64,000 nucleotides of DNA from positions 13,133 through 77,132 of the forward strand of contig CACEPG010000004.1 of NCBI GenBank assembly GCA_902561355.1. The letters run 5' to 3'. The translations under genes were made by a program, and so were the position numbers. Below the pieces are notes generated by a model. That model did no database searches. It was not told the origin of the DNA and worked only from the letters and a program-made list of their open reading frames with translations. This stretch comes from an uncultured Alphaproteobacteria bacterium. GTDB lineage: Bacteria > Pseudomonadota > Alphaproteobacteria > HIMB59 > GCA-002718135. Shown here piece after piece: positions 44,218 through 53,317 of the stretch; the first letter of the stretch is position 1, and each line of letters starts with the position of its first letter.

Positions 44218-45119
44218 TGATAAAAAATAAATATCTCTATGTAACTTTTCTCGCTATCGGCGCGACTCTGTTTGGCTCCTTCATGGGCGCTGGTGTAAAA
44301 CTTTTATCAGATGGTTTAAACCCAATTATTATTTGTTTTTACAGGTGTTTAATGGGATTAATATTAATAACACCATTTGTTGCTATCAACAATTTTAAAG
44401 CGATAAAATCTAATAATACAAATCTTCAACTAATAAGAGCAGCAATAAATATCATCTCAATGATTTGTTGGTTCAGTGCAATTGGTATAATGCACTTTGA
44501 AAAAGCAACAGCTCTTGGTTTTACGACTCCTTTATTTACAACTATTTTAGCAGTACTAGTTTTAGGTGAAGTAATTCGGTTTCATAGAACAGCTGCATTA
44601 ATATTAGGTTTTATTGGAATAATTATCATTATTCGACCAGGTTATGTGCCCTTTGAGTTTGGGACAGTTTTAATGTTAATTGCTTCATTTAGCTTTTCAT
44701 TTGTTTTAATTCTTGTAAAAAAATTATCAGCTACTGATTCAAGTCTCACGATTATATTCTGGCATTTGCTATTTATGACACCTGTATTTTTTATACTGTC
44801 ATTATTTTTTTGGGAAAGTGTAACTTTTAACCAATTACTAATTTTTGTTTTTATGGGAGCAGCTGGATTGTTATCTCATTGGTGCTTAGCTCAAGCATTT
44901 AAATTATCTGACACTACCTTTGTAATGCCTTTACAATTTACAAAATTGATATGGGCATCATTAATTGGTTTATTCATATTTTCAGAACAACCTAATATTT
45001 GGACTTGGGTTGGCGGTGTAATAATCTTTATTTCGGTTGTTTATATAACTTATCGTGAAGCATTTAAGAAAAAAGGAACAGAAAAACCTATCCAGGTTGA
45101 TAGGGCAATTATAAATTAA
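44217..45119 (+). CDS. EamA/DMT-superfamily transporter
   Basis: 300 aa, about 10 TM helices. GTG start overlapping the pta stop by 1 nt. Confidence 0.75.
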   Translation: MIKNKYLYVTFLAIGATLFGSFMGAGVKLLSDGLNPIIICFYRCLMGLILITPFVAINNFKAIKSNNTNLQLIRAAINIISMICWFSAIGIMHFEKATALGFTTPLFTTILAVLVLGEVIRFHRTAALILGFIGIIIIIRPGYVPFEFGTVLMLIASFSFSFVLILVKKLSATDSSLTIIFWHLLFMTPVFFILSLFFWESVTFNQLLIFVFMGAAGLLSHWCLAQAFKLSDTTFVMPLQFTKLIWASLIGLFIFSEQPNIWTWVGGVIIFISVVYITYREAFKKKGTEKPIQVDRAIIN

Positions 45120-45177
45120 TTTTTAAAAGACCTAAATATATATTGTAAATAAAGAAAGTGATTAAAAAATCAAAAGA

Positions 45178-46047
45178 TTACTTATTATGATTATAAATAG
45201 CTATAGTGCCTGAAACAACTATAACTACTATTCCTATAATTGTTGTTGAGCTAATTTTCTCAGAAAAAAAAATTGTACCAAAAAGAGTAGCCCAGATTAT
45301 TTGAGTAAAGAAAAACGGACTTATTATGCTGCTGTATTTTCCTGCAATATGAAATGCTGCATTCCACGCCCACATAGAAATCATTACAATAACACCTGCA
45401 CAAACAAATAAAATTAACTCTATAAAAGTAGGAATAATAGGATCAAATATAAAAAATAAATAAGAAAAAAAAGTAAAGGGAATATATTGATAAAAAGTAA
45501 AGCCAAATGATGAGGCAATATGTGAATATTTACTCACTAATGTAAAGTTAAATGCATTATAAATAGCAACAAATAGTACTAAAAATACAAAAATATTTAT
45601 ATTAGAAGCACTAGGTTGCAAAACTATTAATACTCCACAAAAACCAACAAATATTGCAACCCAGCTTAATAAATTCAGTGTCTCTTTTAAAATAAATTTT
45701 GCAAATATTAGAAGAAAAAAAGGAGAAGTCATTAGCAGTATAGTAAAAATATTAATAGGTATGTAGTTAAGTGCATAAAAGATTATTATTAATATAGGAA
45801 TAAAAGTTATGCCTCTCAAAATAGGTAAAAAATAAAAAATTTTTTTCTTCAAAAAAATATTTTTTTTTATTCCATCTGTCAAAAATAAAAAAAATAAAAA
45901 AACAATAATTGCTGCTGTTCCACCTATTGAATAATAATGATACCACTTGTAGTTGTTAATACTCAAATATTTTGTAATTGTATCAAACGTAGATCCAGCT
46001 AATGTGTTAAGGCAAACTAAAAAAATTCCTACAAGTAATATCTTCAT
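45178..46047 (-). CDS. EamA/DMT-superfamily transporter
   Basis: 289 aa, about 10 TM helices. Confidence 0.7.
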   Translation of the reverse strand: MKILLVGIFLVCLNTLAGSTFDTITKYLSINNYKWYHYYSIGGTAAIIVFLFFLFLTDGIKKNIFLKKKIFYFLPILRGITFIPILIIIFYALNYIPINIFTILLMTSPFFLLIFAKFILKETLNLLSWVAIFVGFCGVLIVLQPSASNINIFVFLVLFVAIYNAFNFTLVSKYSHIASSFGFTFYQYIPFTFFSYLFFIFDPIIPTFIELILFVCAGVIVMISMWAWNAAFHIAGKYSSIISPFFFTQIIWATLFGTIFFSEKISSTTIIGIVVIVVSGTIAIYNHNK

Positions 46048-46114
46048 CCAAATCTTTCATTTATTTAATAATAAAATATTAAATTAATATCTTATAACTA
46101 TTAAAGGAATTTTA

Positions 46115-46510
46115 TTATTTTAGATCTCCCTTTGAGCGCATTTCTTTTCGTATATTAGTTGCAGAAATTTTATGAATTTTTTCACCTAAATCATGCTCAG
46201 TAAAAGTATAACCTACTCCTCTTCCATAAGAAATATCAATGATGTTCGGGACTTTTATAACAACGTATTCTTTTCCTTCTGAATATCCGTAAGGGGCTAA
46301 ACCTTCTATAATATTTTTTTTAACTTCTTCAAATTGAAAAGGATTGTCATTTTGTCCTGCTACACCAGCATCAACACCTCCTACATCTCGATACATAATA
46401 CATACCTGGCCTGTTTTTTGTAATGCCTTTTTAAAAAGAGCTGTATGACCATCATGCCATGGTTGCCAGCGTCCAAGCATTTCAACAGTTGGTTTTTTCC
46501 AATCAAACAT
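46115..46510 (-). CDS. Small HxGH-motif nucleotidyltransferase (cytidylyltransferase superfamily; NMNAT/NadM-like opening)
   Basis: 131 aa. GRWQPWHDGH corresponds to the (H/T)xGH motif, and ISATNIR to the ISSTxxR motif of this superfamily. Confidence 0.65.
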   Translation of the reverse strand: MFDWKKPTVEMLGRWQPWHDGHTALFKKALQKTGQVCIMYRDVGGVDAGVAGQNDNPFQFEEVKKNIIEGLAPYGYSEGKEYVVIKVPNIIDISYGRGVGYTFTEHDLGEKIHKISATNIRKEMRSKGDLK

Positions 46511-46997
46511 TTGTAATTTTCTCTGCTAGTTCTTTTATTTCTTTATCACTTAAAAAGGAAGTTATATGTATGTCTGGATTATTAGGATTTTCAAACATTT
46601 TATTTGTATCATCAAACTTTTTACTAGTAGATAATTGATCAGCATCAAAAGGCAGGTTATCTATATCTTTTAATTGATTTAATTTAGCTGAAACAACCCT
46701 ACCTTCTTTAACAGTATCCATCCAAATTAAACAATCTGCTGCAAATGATTCACGAACTTTGTTAGTAGGAGCAACAAAATCACATATAACATGTCGTCTT
46801 TGAGATTTTTCAAAATCAGCAAAAGCTTTCATTCTATTAGCTTGTCGAATTCTTCCTTCAACTTCAAAATCCCAGTCGTTTGAATATTTTCTAACAAAAT
46901 CAGCATTATACCACGCACAATTTTTTATATTCTTCTGGAGTCTTTCAGCTAACCAAGTTTTGCCTGATCCTGGAAGTCCACATACTAATATCTTCAT
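46503..46997 (-). CDS. P-loop kinase, adenylyl-sulfate (APS) kinase-like
   Basis: 164 aa, colinear with E. coli CysC as I recall it. GLPGSGKTW matches [35 protein letters not shown] matches [39 protein letters not shown] matches [29 protein letters not shown] matches FTGIDSVYEAPESAEIHL. The DGD motif is replaced by NAD. Confidence 0.55.
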   Translation of the reverse strand: [164 protein letters not shown]

Positions 46998-47114
46998 AGA
47001 ATTATTAATAAATATTAATTTTAAACAAGCAATAAATGTTTGTATTTAATAAAAAAAACATTAAGAAATTCTGGTAAAACAATACATTCAAGCTAAATAC
47101 TTTATAATATAAAT

Positions 47115-47909
47115 ATGTTTAATATAAACCCGTTTGCTGATCTTGCTCAATCTATACCCAGTATTCTTATGCAAACCTTTGTATTACTAATGTTTCTATT
47201 AATAGTTATAGGAACGATATTTGATATTATTCATAAAAAAAATGTAAAATATTTTTTTGAAAATGCTAAAAAAGCAAAAAAAAATGCCAAAATAGAATTA
47301 AGCACATCAAAAAAAACATCAGTTATTTTAAAAACTGTTACTAATGAAATTTTAACTACTTCAGAGCTAGGAAGAGGAAAAAGAAGAATTGCTCATTTGC
47401 TAGGAATGTACGGAACCATATTATTTTGGGTCACATCTATTATTATGATTTTTTTTTATTCAGAAAAAAATTCAATTACACCTTCTATATATCCAGTTCT
47501 TTGGCATCTTGGTGCAGTTATGACATGCTTGGGCGGATATTGGTTTTGGTTTTTTTTAAGAGTAGATGTATCTGCAGAAGCTTATCCTTGGTATAGAATT
47601 ATACAAGCTGATCTTTTTGTTTTATCTTTAGTCATAAGTGCAACTTTTGGAATAATCTGGTCTTTTCTTCAATCAGCTAACATCTTATTTTTTGATACGT
47701 TATTTTTTGTTTTATTTTGTCTATCCAATATAGTTTTATTTGGAGGAATATATTGGTCAAAATTTGCTCATATGTTTTACAAACCTGGAGCTGCTATTCA
47801 AAGAAATTTAGCAGAAGCAGATGGATCTAGAGATAATTTACCAGAACCTTCTAATAAACCTAAACAATTTGGTTTGGGAATAAAAAGAGAAGCTCCAAAG
47901 CATTATTAA
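47115..47909 (+). CDS. aprM: AprM-like membrane anchor for APS reductase
   Basis: 264 aa with five predicted TM helices and a hydrophilic C-terminal tail. It sits immediately upstream of aprBA, the arrangement described for AprM-type sulfur oxidisers. Confidence 0.6.
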   Translation: MFNINPFADLAQSIPSILMQTFVLLMFLLIVIGTIFDIIHKKNVKYFFENAKKAKKNAKIELSTSKKTSVILKTVTNEILTTSELGRGKRRIAHLLGMYGTILFWVTSIIMIFFYSEKNSITPSIYPVLWHLGAVMTCLGGYWFWFFLRVDVSAEAYPWYRIIQADLFVLSLVISATFGIIWSFLQSANILFFDTLFFVLFCLSNIVLFGGIYWSKFAHMFYKPGAAIQRNLAEADGSRDNLPEPSNKPKQFGLGIKREAPKHY

Positions 47910-47963
47910 TATGAATTTTAATAGAACTAAATTAATAAATATTGATGAAAGGAAATAATTAAA

Positions 47964-48434
47964 ATGTCTACTTTTGTATATATGACTAAATGTGATGGTT
48001 GCGGACATTGTGTAGACATATGCCCTTCAGACATAATGCATATAGATCCTGTTACTAGAAGAGCAGTTAATATTGAGCCGAACATGTGCTGGGAATGTTA
48101 TTCGTGTGTTAAAGCTTGTCCAAATGAAGCTATAGACGCTAGAGGGTATGCAGACTTTGCACCTATGGGGCACAGTGTGAGAGTTCTTCGTGAAGAAGAA
48201 AAAGGTACTATTTCTTGGAGAATAAAGTTTAGAAATGGCACAGAGAAAAATTTTGAATCTCCTATAACAACAAAACCTTGGGGTGAGCATATTCCAAAAT
48301 TAACAGAAGAAGCAGAGCCGGATCAAAAAGAAATCAATTCACAAATTTTATATTCTGAACCTGAAGGATTAAACACGAAAAAAGAATTACCCACTATAAG
48401 TAAAAGTTCTTTCAAAAAGGGAGTTTACTATTAA
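47964..48434 (+). CDS. aprB: Adenylylsulfate (APS) reductase beta subunit
   Basis: 156 aa. Two ferredoxin-type clusters (CDGCGHCVDICP and CWECYSCVKACP) followed by the AprB-type tail. Confidence 0.9.
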   Translation: MSTFVYMTKCDGCGHCVDICPSDIMHIDPVTRRAVNIEPNMCWECYSCVKACPNEAIDARGYADFAPMGHSVRVLREEEKGTISWRIKFRNGTEKNFESPITTKPWGEHIPKLTEEAEPDQKEINSQILYSEPEGLNTKKELPTISKSSFKKGVYY

Positions 48435-50293
48435 TGCCAAAAAATAAAACAGTTTACGAAAATTGTGATGTACTTGTTATTGGGGGAGGAATGGCAGGAA
48501 CTGGCGCAGCATTTGAAGCTAGACATTGGGGAAGGGACTTAAAAATAGTATGTGTTGAAAAAGCAAATATAGATCGGAGTGGTGCTGTTGCTCAAGGCCT
48601 ATATGCAATTAATTGTTATATGGGAATGCAATGGGATGAAAATCAACCTGAAGATCATGTTCGTTATGCACGTAATGATTTAATGGGACTTGTTCGTGAA
48701 GATTTAGGATACGATATGGCTCGTCATGTAGATTCTACTGTTCATATGTTTGATGAATGGGGTTTGCCAATGATGCGCAATGAAAAAACTGGAAGATATC
48801 AACGAGAAGGTAAATGGCAAATAATGATCCATGGAGAAAGTTACAAGCCTATCGTTGCCGAAGCAGCAAAAAAATCTGCTGATAAAATTTACAACAGAGT
48901 TATGATTACACACCTCTTAATGGATGACAGTAAAACAAACAGAGTTGGTGGGGCAGTTGGATTTAACATGCGAACTGGTGACTTTCATGTCTTTAAAGCA
49001 AAAACAGTTATTGTCGCTGCAGGCGGTGCATCTCATATATTTAAACCAAGGGCCGTTGGTGAAGGAATGGGCAGAACATGGTATGCGCCATGGAGCAATG
49101 GGTCGGCTTATGCCTTACCAATTGAAGTTGGTGCTAAAATGACACAAATGGAAAATCGTATAGTTTTATGTAGATTTAAAGATGGTTACGGACCTGTTGG
49201 AGCATATTTTTTACATCTTAAAACATATACACAAAATGCAAATGGTGAAAATTATGAAAAGAAATGGTACGACCAAACAAAAGAATTAGTAGGTGAGTAT
49301 ATAGATCATCAACCAACTCCAACTTGTTTACGAAATCATGCTTTTATTCAAGAAGTTATGGCTGGCAGAGGTCCAATACATATGGTCACTAAAGAAGCTT
49401 TCCAAGATCCGCATTTAGAAACAATTGGTTGGGAAAATTTTTTAGGAATGACAGTTGGTCAAGCAGTAGTTTGGGCTTCTCAAAATGTAGATCCAAAATA
49501 TCAAAATCCCGAACTAACTACTTCTGAACCCTACGTTATGGGATCACATGCTACTTGTTCAGGAGCTTGGGTAAGCGGACCAGAAGATCTATCTCCTCCA
49601 GAATATTTTTGGGGATATAATAGGATGACAACAGTGGAAGGGTTATTTGGAGCTGGTGATACGGTTGGTGGAAGTGCACATAAGTTTTCTTCAGGATCTT
49701 TCACAGAGGGTCGTTTAGCTGCTAAAGCTGCTATTAAATATATTCAAGATAAAAAAGCAGAGGACATAGAAGTTAATGATAGCCAATGTGAAAACTTTAG
49801 AGAAGTAATTTATAAACCTCTTGAAAATTATAAGGTTGGAAGAAATGAAATAACTGCTGGTACAGTTTCTCCAAGTTATATTCTTCCAATTCAAGGCTTA
49901 CAACGTCTTCAAAAAATTATGGACGAATATGTTGGAGGTATATCTTTTAATTATATGACAAATGAAAATACTCTTAAAAAAGGATTGGAATTGTTAGGTT
50001 GGTTACAAGAAGATTTAGAACATGTTGGAGCTGAAGATTATCATCAATTAATGCGTGCTTGGGAATTAAAACATCGGACCCTAACTTCTCAGTGTGTAAC
50101 TGAGCATACTTTGTTTAGAGAAGAAACACGTTGGCCTGGATATTATTACAGAGGCGATCATATGAAACTTGATGATGAAAATTGGCATTGTTTAACAGTA
50201 TCAAGACGTGATCCAGAAACAGGTAAATTTACTATGGAAAAAATGCCTGTGTATCACATAGTAGATGAAGAAAAGAAAAAAGAAGCTTCATAA
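48434..50293 (+). CDS. aprA: Adenylylsulfate (APS) reductase alpha subunit (flavoprotein)
   Basis: 619 aa. FAD motif VLVIGGGMAGTGAA and fumarate-reductase-family flavoprotein architecture. 1-nt overlap with aprB. Confidence 0.9.
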   Translation: MPKNKTVYENCDVLVIGGGMAGTGAAFEARHWGRDLKIVCVEKANIDRSGAVAQGLYAINCYMGMQWDENQPEDHVRYARNDLMGLVREDLGYDMARHVDSTVHMFDEWGLPMMRNEKTGRYQREGKWQIMIHGESYKPIVAEAAKKSADKIYNRVMITHLLMDDSKTNRVGGAVGFNMRTGDFHVFKAKTVIVAAGGASHIFKPRAVGEGMGRTWYAPWSNGSAYALPIEVGAKMTQMENRIVLCRFKDGYGPVGAYFLHLKTYTQNANGENYEKKWYDQTKELVGEYIDHQPTPTCLRNHAFIQEVMAGRGPIHMVTKEAFQDPHLETIGWENFLGMTVGQAVVWASQNVDPKYQNPELTTSEPYVMGSHATCSGAWVSGPEDLSPPEYFWGYNRMTTVEGLFGAGDTVGGSAHKFSSGSFTEGRLAAKAAIKYIQDKKAEDIEVNDSQCENFREVIYKPLENYKVGRNEITAGTVSPSYILPIQGLQRLQKIMDEYVGGISFNYMTNENTLKKGLELLGWLQEDLEHVGAEDYHQLMRAWELKHRTLTSQCVTEHTLFREETRWPGYYYRGDHMKLDDENWHCLTVSRRDPETGKFTMEKMPVYHIVDEEKKKEAS

Positions 50294-50307
50294 AAAATTA
50301 AAATAAA

Positions 50308-50658
50308 ATGAATCTGCAAGATAAAACAGATGAAGAAATAATAAAAATAGCTAATCCTCTATGGGATAACCTTGTAAAAAGTTCAAATAATAAAGACTAT
50401 AGTGGATTTACAAAAGATTTTTCTGCCGAAATGCTTTACGGCGCAAATGAAGTGGAAATTGGAAAGCAATGGGCAAATAATGATTTATTAGTTAATTTAT
50501 CAAATGATAAAATTTGTCTTGGTTGTTTAAGAAGAAATGAATACGTAACAGTTTTATATAAACAAAAAAGTACAAAACTTTCTGGAGATTTTTTAGGACG
50601 TCTAGTTATAGGATCAGAAGAAGGTATTATTAAAATATTTGGGGCAACTATATTTTAA
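50308..50658 (+). CDS. Hypothetical protein downstream of aprA
   Basis: 116 aa with no recognisable motif. Starts 14 nt after the aprA stop. Confidence 0.45.
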   Translation: MNLQDKTDEEIIKIANPLWDNLVKSSNNKDYSGFTKDFSAEMLYGANEVEIGKQWANNDLLVNLSNDKICLGCLRRNEYVTVLYKQKSTKLSGDFLGRLVIGSEEGIIKIFGATIF

Positions 50659-51451
50659 TTAAATTATTTGAAGCTACAAATTCTGGGTTTATCAAACTAT
50701 CTTTTGTGTTATAAAATATTTGTTTGTTGTTTAAGGTTAACAATGTCCCCCCTGCTTCTTTTAAAATTATATGACCAGCAGCAATATCCCATTCAGAAGT
50801 TGGCCCAAATCTAGGATAAAAGTCAGCATTGCCCTCAGCAATTTCACAAAATTTTAATGAACTACCTTTCTTTAGAAATTTTACTTTATCAAAATTTTCT
50901 GAAATCCAATTATTTACTTTGTCATTTGAGTGAGATCTACTACTTATTATTCGAGTCTCATTTAAATTTGTAAGTCTATTTACTTTTATAGATTGAGATT
51001 CATTCAAATTCTCAAAAATTTTGGAGCCAGTTAATTTAAATGCTCCATTATTTTTACTGGCATAATATAATTTTGATAGTGCTGGCGCATAAATTACACC
51101 AATAACTGGTTCATTTTTTTCAATTAAGGCAATATTTACAGTAAATTCATCATTTTTATTTATAAATTCTTTTGTCCCATCCAGAGGATCAACTAACCAA
51201 TATTGTGACCAAGTTTTTCTTGTATTCCAATCAACTAAAGACTCTTCAGTTATAATTTTAATTTTTTTATCAAGAGAATTAAGTTCTTGAATAATTAAGT
51301 TGTTTGCTGCAAGATCTGCTTCTGTTAAAGGTGAAGAATCCTTCTTAAAAATAACTTCATTATTATTATTATAAAATTGCATGATCTCATGCCCAGCTTT
51401 TATAGATATATTACAAAGATTGAGTAACAAATTATCATATTTATTTTTCAT
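50648..51451 (-). CDS. cysQ: 3'(2'),5'-bisphosphate nucleotidase (PAP phosphatase)
   Basis: 267 aa of the inositol-monophosphatase fold. Reads WLVDPLDGTKEF and SSLKFCEIAEGNADFYPRFGPTSEWDIAAG, typical of CysQ. Confidence 0.85.
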   Translation of the reverse strand: MKNKYDNLLLNLCNISIKAGHEIMQFYNNNNEVIFKKDSSPLTEADLAANNLIIQELNSLDKKIKIITEESLVDWNTRKTWSQYWLVDPLDGTKEFINKNDEFTVNIALIEKNEPVIGVIYAPALSKLYYASKNNGAFKLTGSKIFENLNESQSIKVNRLTNLNETRIISSRSHSNDKVNNWISENFDKVKFLKKGSSLKFCEIAEGNADFYPRFGPTSEWDIAAGHIILKEAGGTLLTLNNKQIFYNTKDSLINPEFVASNNLIKI

Positions 51452-51499
51452 TTTGATTTGACATTTATAAAGTCTAAAATAGTGTTTTAACAGATTTTT

Positions 51500-52681
51500 A
51501 TGGTTTTAGATATTTTTAGTATTATTGATAAAAAAAAACTGGATGTTGTTGGTGAGTCTATTGAAAACGCACACGGTCTTCCAAATGAATGCTATTTAAA
51601 TGGAGCCTATACTGAAATAGAAAGAAAAAAAATTTTTGAAGATAAATGGGTAACTATAGGTGTTGCAAGTTCGGTTCCAAATCCTGGTGATACAAAACCA
51701 TTTGATCTGTTGGGAATACCATTAATTATAATAAGAGATAAAAATAATAAAGTTAGAGTATTCCATAATGTATGTAGTCACAGAGGATATAAATTAGTTC
51801 ATGAAGAATGCTCTCTAAAAAATATTTTACGTTGTCCTTATCATTCATGGTCTTACGATTTCGAAGGTAATCTAGTTGCTACACCACACATAGGGGGCAT
51901 TAATCAACATGATCATGAAATGTTTGATAAAACAAAAAGTGGTTTGAAAGAAGTTCGATCCACAGTTTGGTTAGATTTGATAATGGTGAATATTTCAAAT
52001 AATGAAATATCTTTTGATCAATACATAAAACCTTTAGAAGAAAGATGGTCAGCTTTTTGGACAAAGAAAGATCAAGAAATGATATGTCATCCTAGAGATT
52101 ATGGATATTTTTTATTAGAAGCTAAATGTAATTGGAAATTTGCAATTGAAAATTACTGTGAGAGCTACCATCTGCCTTTTGTTCATCCAGGTTTGAATGC
52201 TTATTCAAAAATTGATGACCATTATCATATTCAAGGACTGCCTAATAGATTTGCTGGTCAAGGAACTCTAGTTTATAATCCACGATTTAAAGATAACAAA
52301 CAATTTCCAAATTTTCCAGGTTGGTCAAAAGAAAAAGAAAAACATGCAGAATATGTTGCATTATTTCCAAATGTAATGCTTGGTATACATAAAGATCATT
52401 ATTATGCTTATTGGCTTGAACCAGTTAATCATCAATACACTAAAGAACATATGGAAATTTATTATGTTGGAGAAGAAGCAGCTTTATCTGAAAAATATAA
52501 ATCCCTTCGTGAACAAAATTTTAATCAATGGCATAGTATTCAATCTGAAGATCTGATGATTATAGAAGGTATGCAGGAAGGTCGTAATTCACCAGCTTAT
52601 AATGGTGGTAATTTTTCTCCTGTACTTGATAATCCTACACATCATTTTAATAAGTGGGTTGCAAAAAACTTAACTGAATAA
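51500..52681 (+). CDS. Rieske [2Fe-2S] non-heme-iron oxygenase, alpha subunit (choline/betaine-monooxygenase-like group)
   Basis: 393 aa. Rieske motif CSHRGYKLV-x16-CPYHSWSY and mononuclear iron motif NYCESYHLPFVHPG. Confidence 0.85.
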   Translation: MVLDIFSIIDKKKLDVVGESIENAHGLPNECYLNGAYTEIERKKIFEDKWVTIGVASSVPNPGDTKPFDLLGIPLIIIRDKNNKVRVFHNVCSHRGYKLVHEECSLKNILRCPYHSWSYDFEGNLVATPHIGGINQHDHEMFDKTKSGLKEVRSTVWLDLIMVNISNNEISFDQYIKPLEERWSAFWTKKDQEMICHPRDYGYFLLEAKCNWKFAIENYCESYHLPFVHPGLNAYSKIDDHYHIQGLPNRFAGQGTLVYNPRFKDNKQFPNFPGWSKEKEKHAEYVALFPNVMLGIHKDHYYAYWLEPVNHQYTKEHMEIYYVGEEAALSEKYKSLREQNFNQWHSIQSEDLMIIEGMQEGRNSPAYNGGNFSPVLDNPTHHFNKWVAKNLTE

Positions 52682-52695
52682 GTTGGGTAGTCAAT

Positions 52696-53316
52696 ATGAA
52701 AGATACTGATAATAAAATTCCAATTTACAAAATTAATTCTAAAGAACAAATTTTAGAATACTATACTAATTGGACCAATGATAATCAATATAACAAAGAT
52801 ATGATAGATTGGAATTACATAGCACCTAGCAATGCTGTAAAAATTTTTACCAATCATACAAATAATTTATCTCAAAAAATATTAGATGCAGGTTGTGGAA
52901 CAGGATTAGTTGGAAAAGAGTTAAAAAATTTAGGCTTCAAAAATATTATTGGGGTAGATTTTTCACAAGACATGTTAGACCTTGTACCAAATAATATTTA
53001 TGAAAAATTAGATCTAGTCGATTTAAATAATTCATTAGATTATAAAGATAATGAATTTGATAGTATTATTTGTGTAGGTACATTTACTTATGGTCATGTT
53101 AAAGCAAATGCTTTAGATGAATTTATTAGAATTACTAACTCTAATGGATTAATTTGTTTCAGTATAAATGAAGGAATTTATAAAAAAAATAACTTTGATA
53201 AAAAAATTCAAGAACTTGAAAATAATAAAAAATGGGAAATTTTAGAATTAGAAAAAACAAGTTACATTGTAAATAAAGATGTGGACGCTTGGTTTTGTAT
53301 TGCCAAAAAAAATTAA
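52696..53316 (+). CDS. Class I SAM-dependent methyltransferase
   Basis: 206 aa. Motif I ILDAGCGTGLVG and motif II FDSIICVG. Confidence 0.8.
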   Translation: MKDTDNKIPIYKINSKEQILEYYTNWTNDNQYNKDMIDWNYIAPSNAVKIFTNHTNNLSQKILDAGCGTGLVGKELKNLGFKNIIGVDFSQDMLDLVPNNIYEKLDLVDLNNSLDYKDNEFDSIICVGTFTYGHVKANALDEFIRITNSNGLICFSINEGIYKKNNFDKKIQELENNKKWEILELEKTSYIVNKDVDAWFCIAKKN

Positions 53317-53317
53317 A

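Noticed and set aside
47035-47062. Inverted repeat aatgttt-N14-aaacatt in the spacer upstream of aprM, as a possible operator.
   Set aside because: It is a 7-bp, all-AT-rich stem in a spacer that is almost pure A/T, so it is expected by chance. There is no second copy elsewhere in the window.
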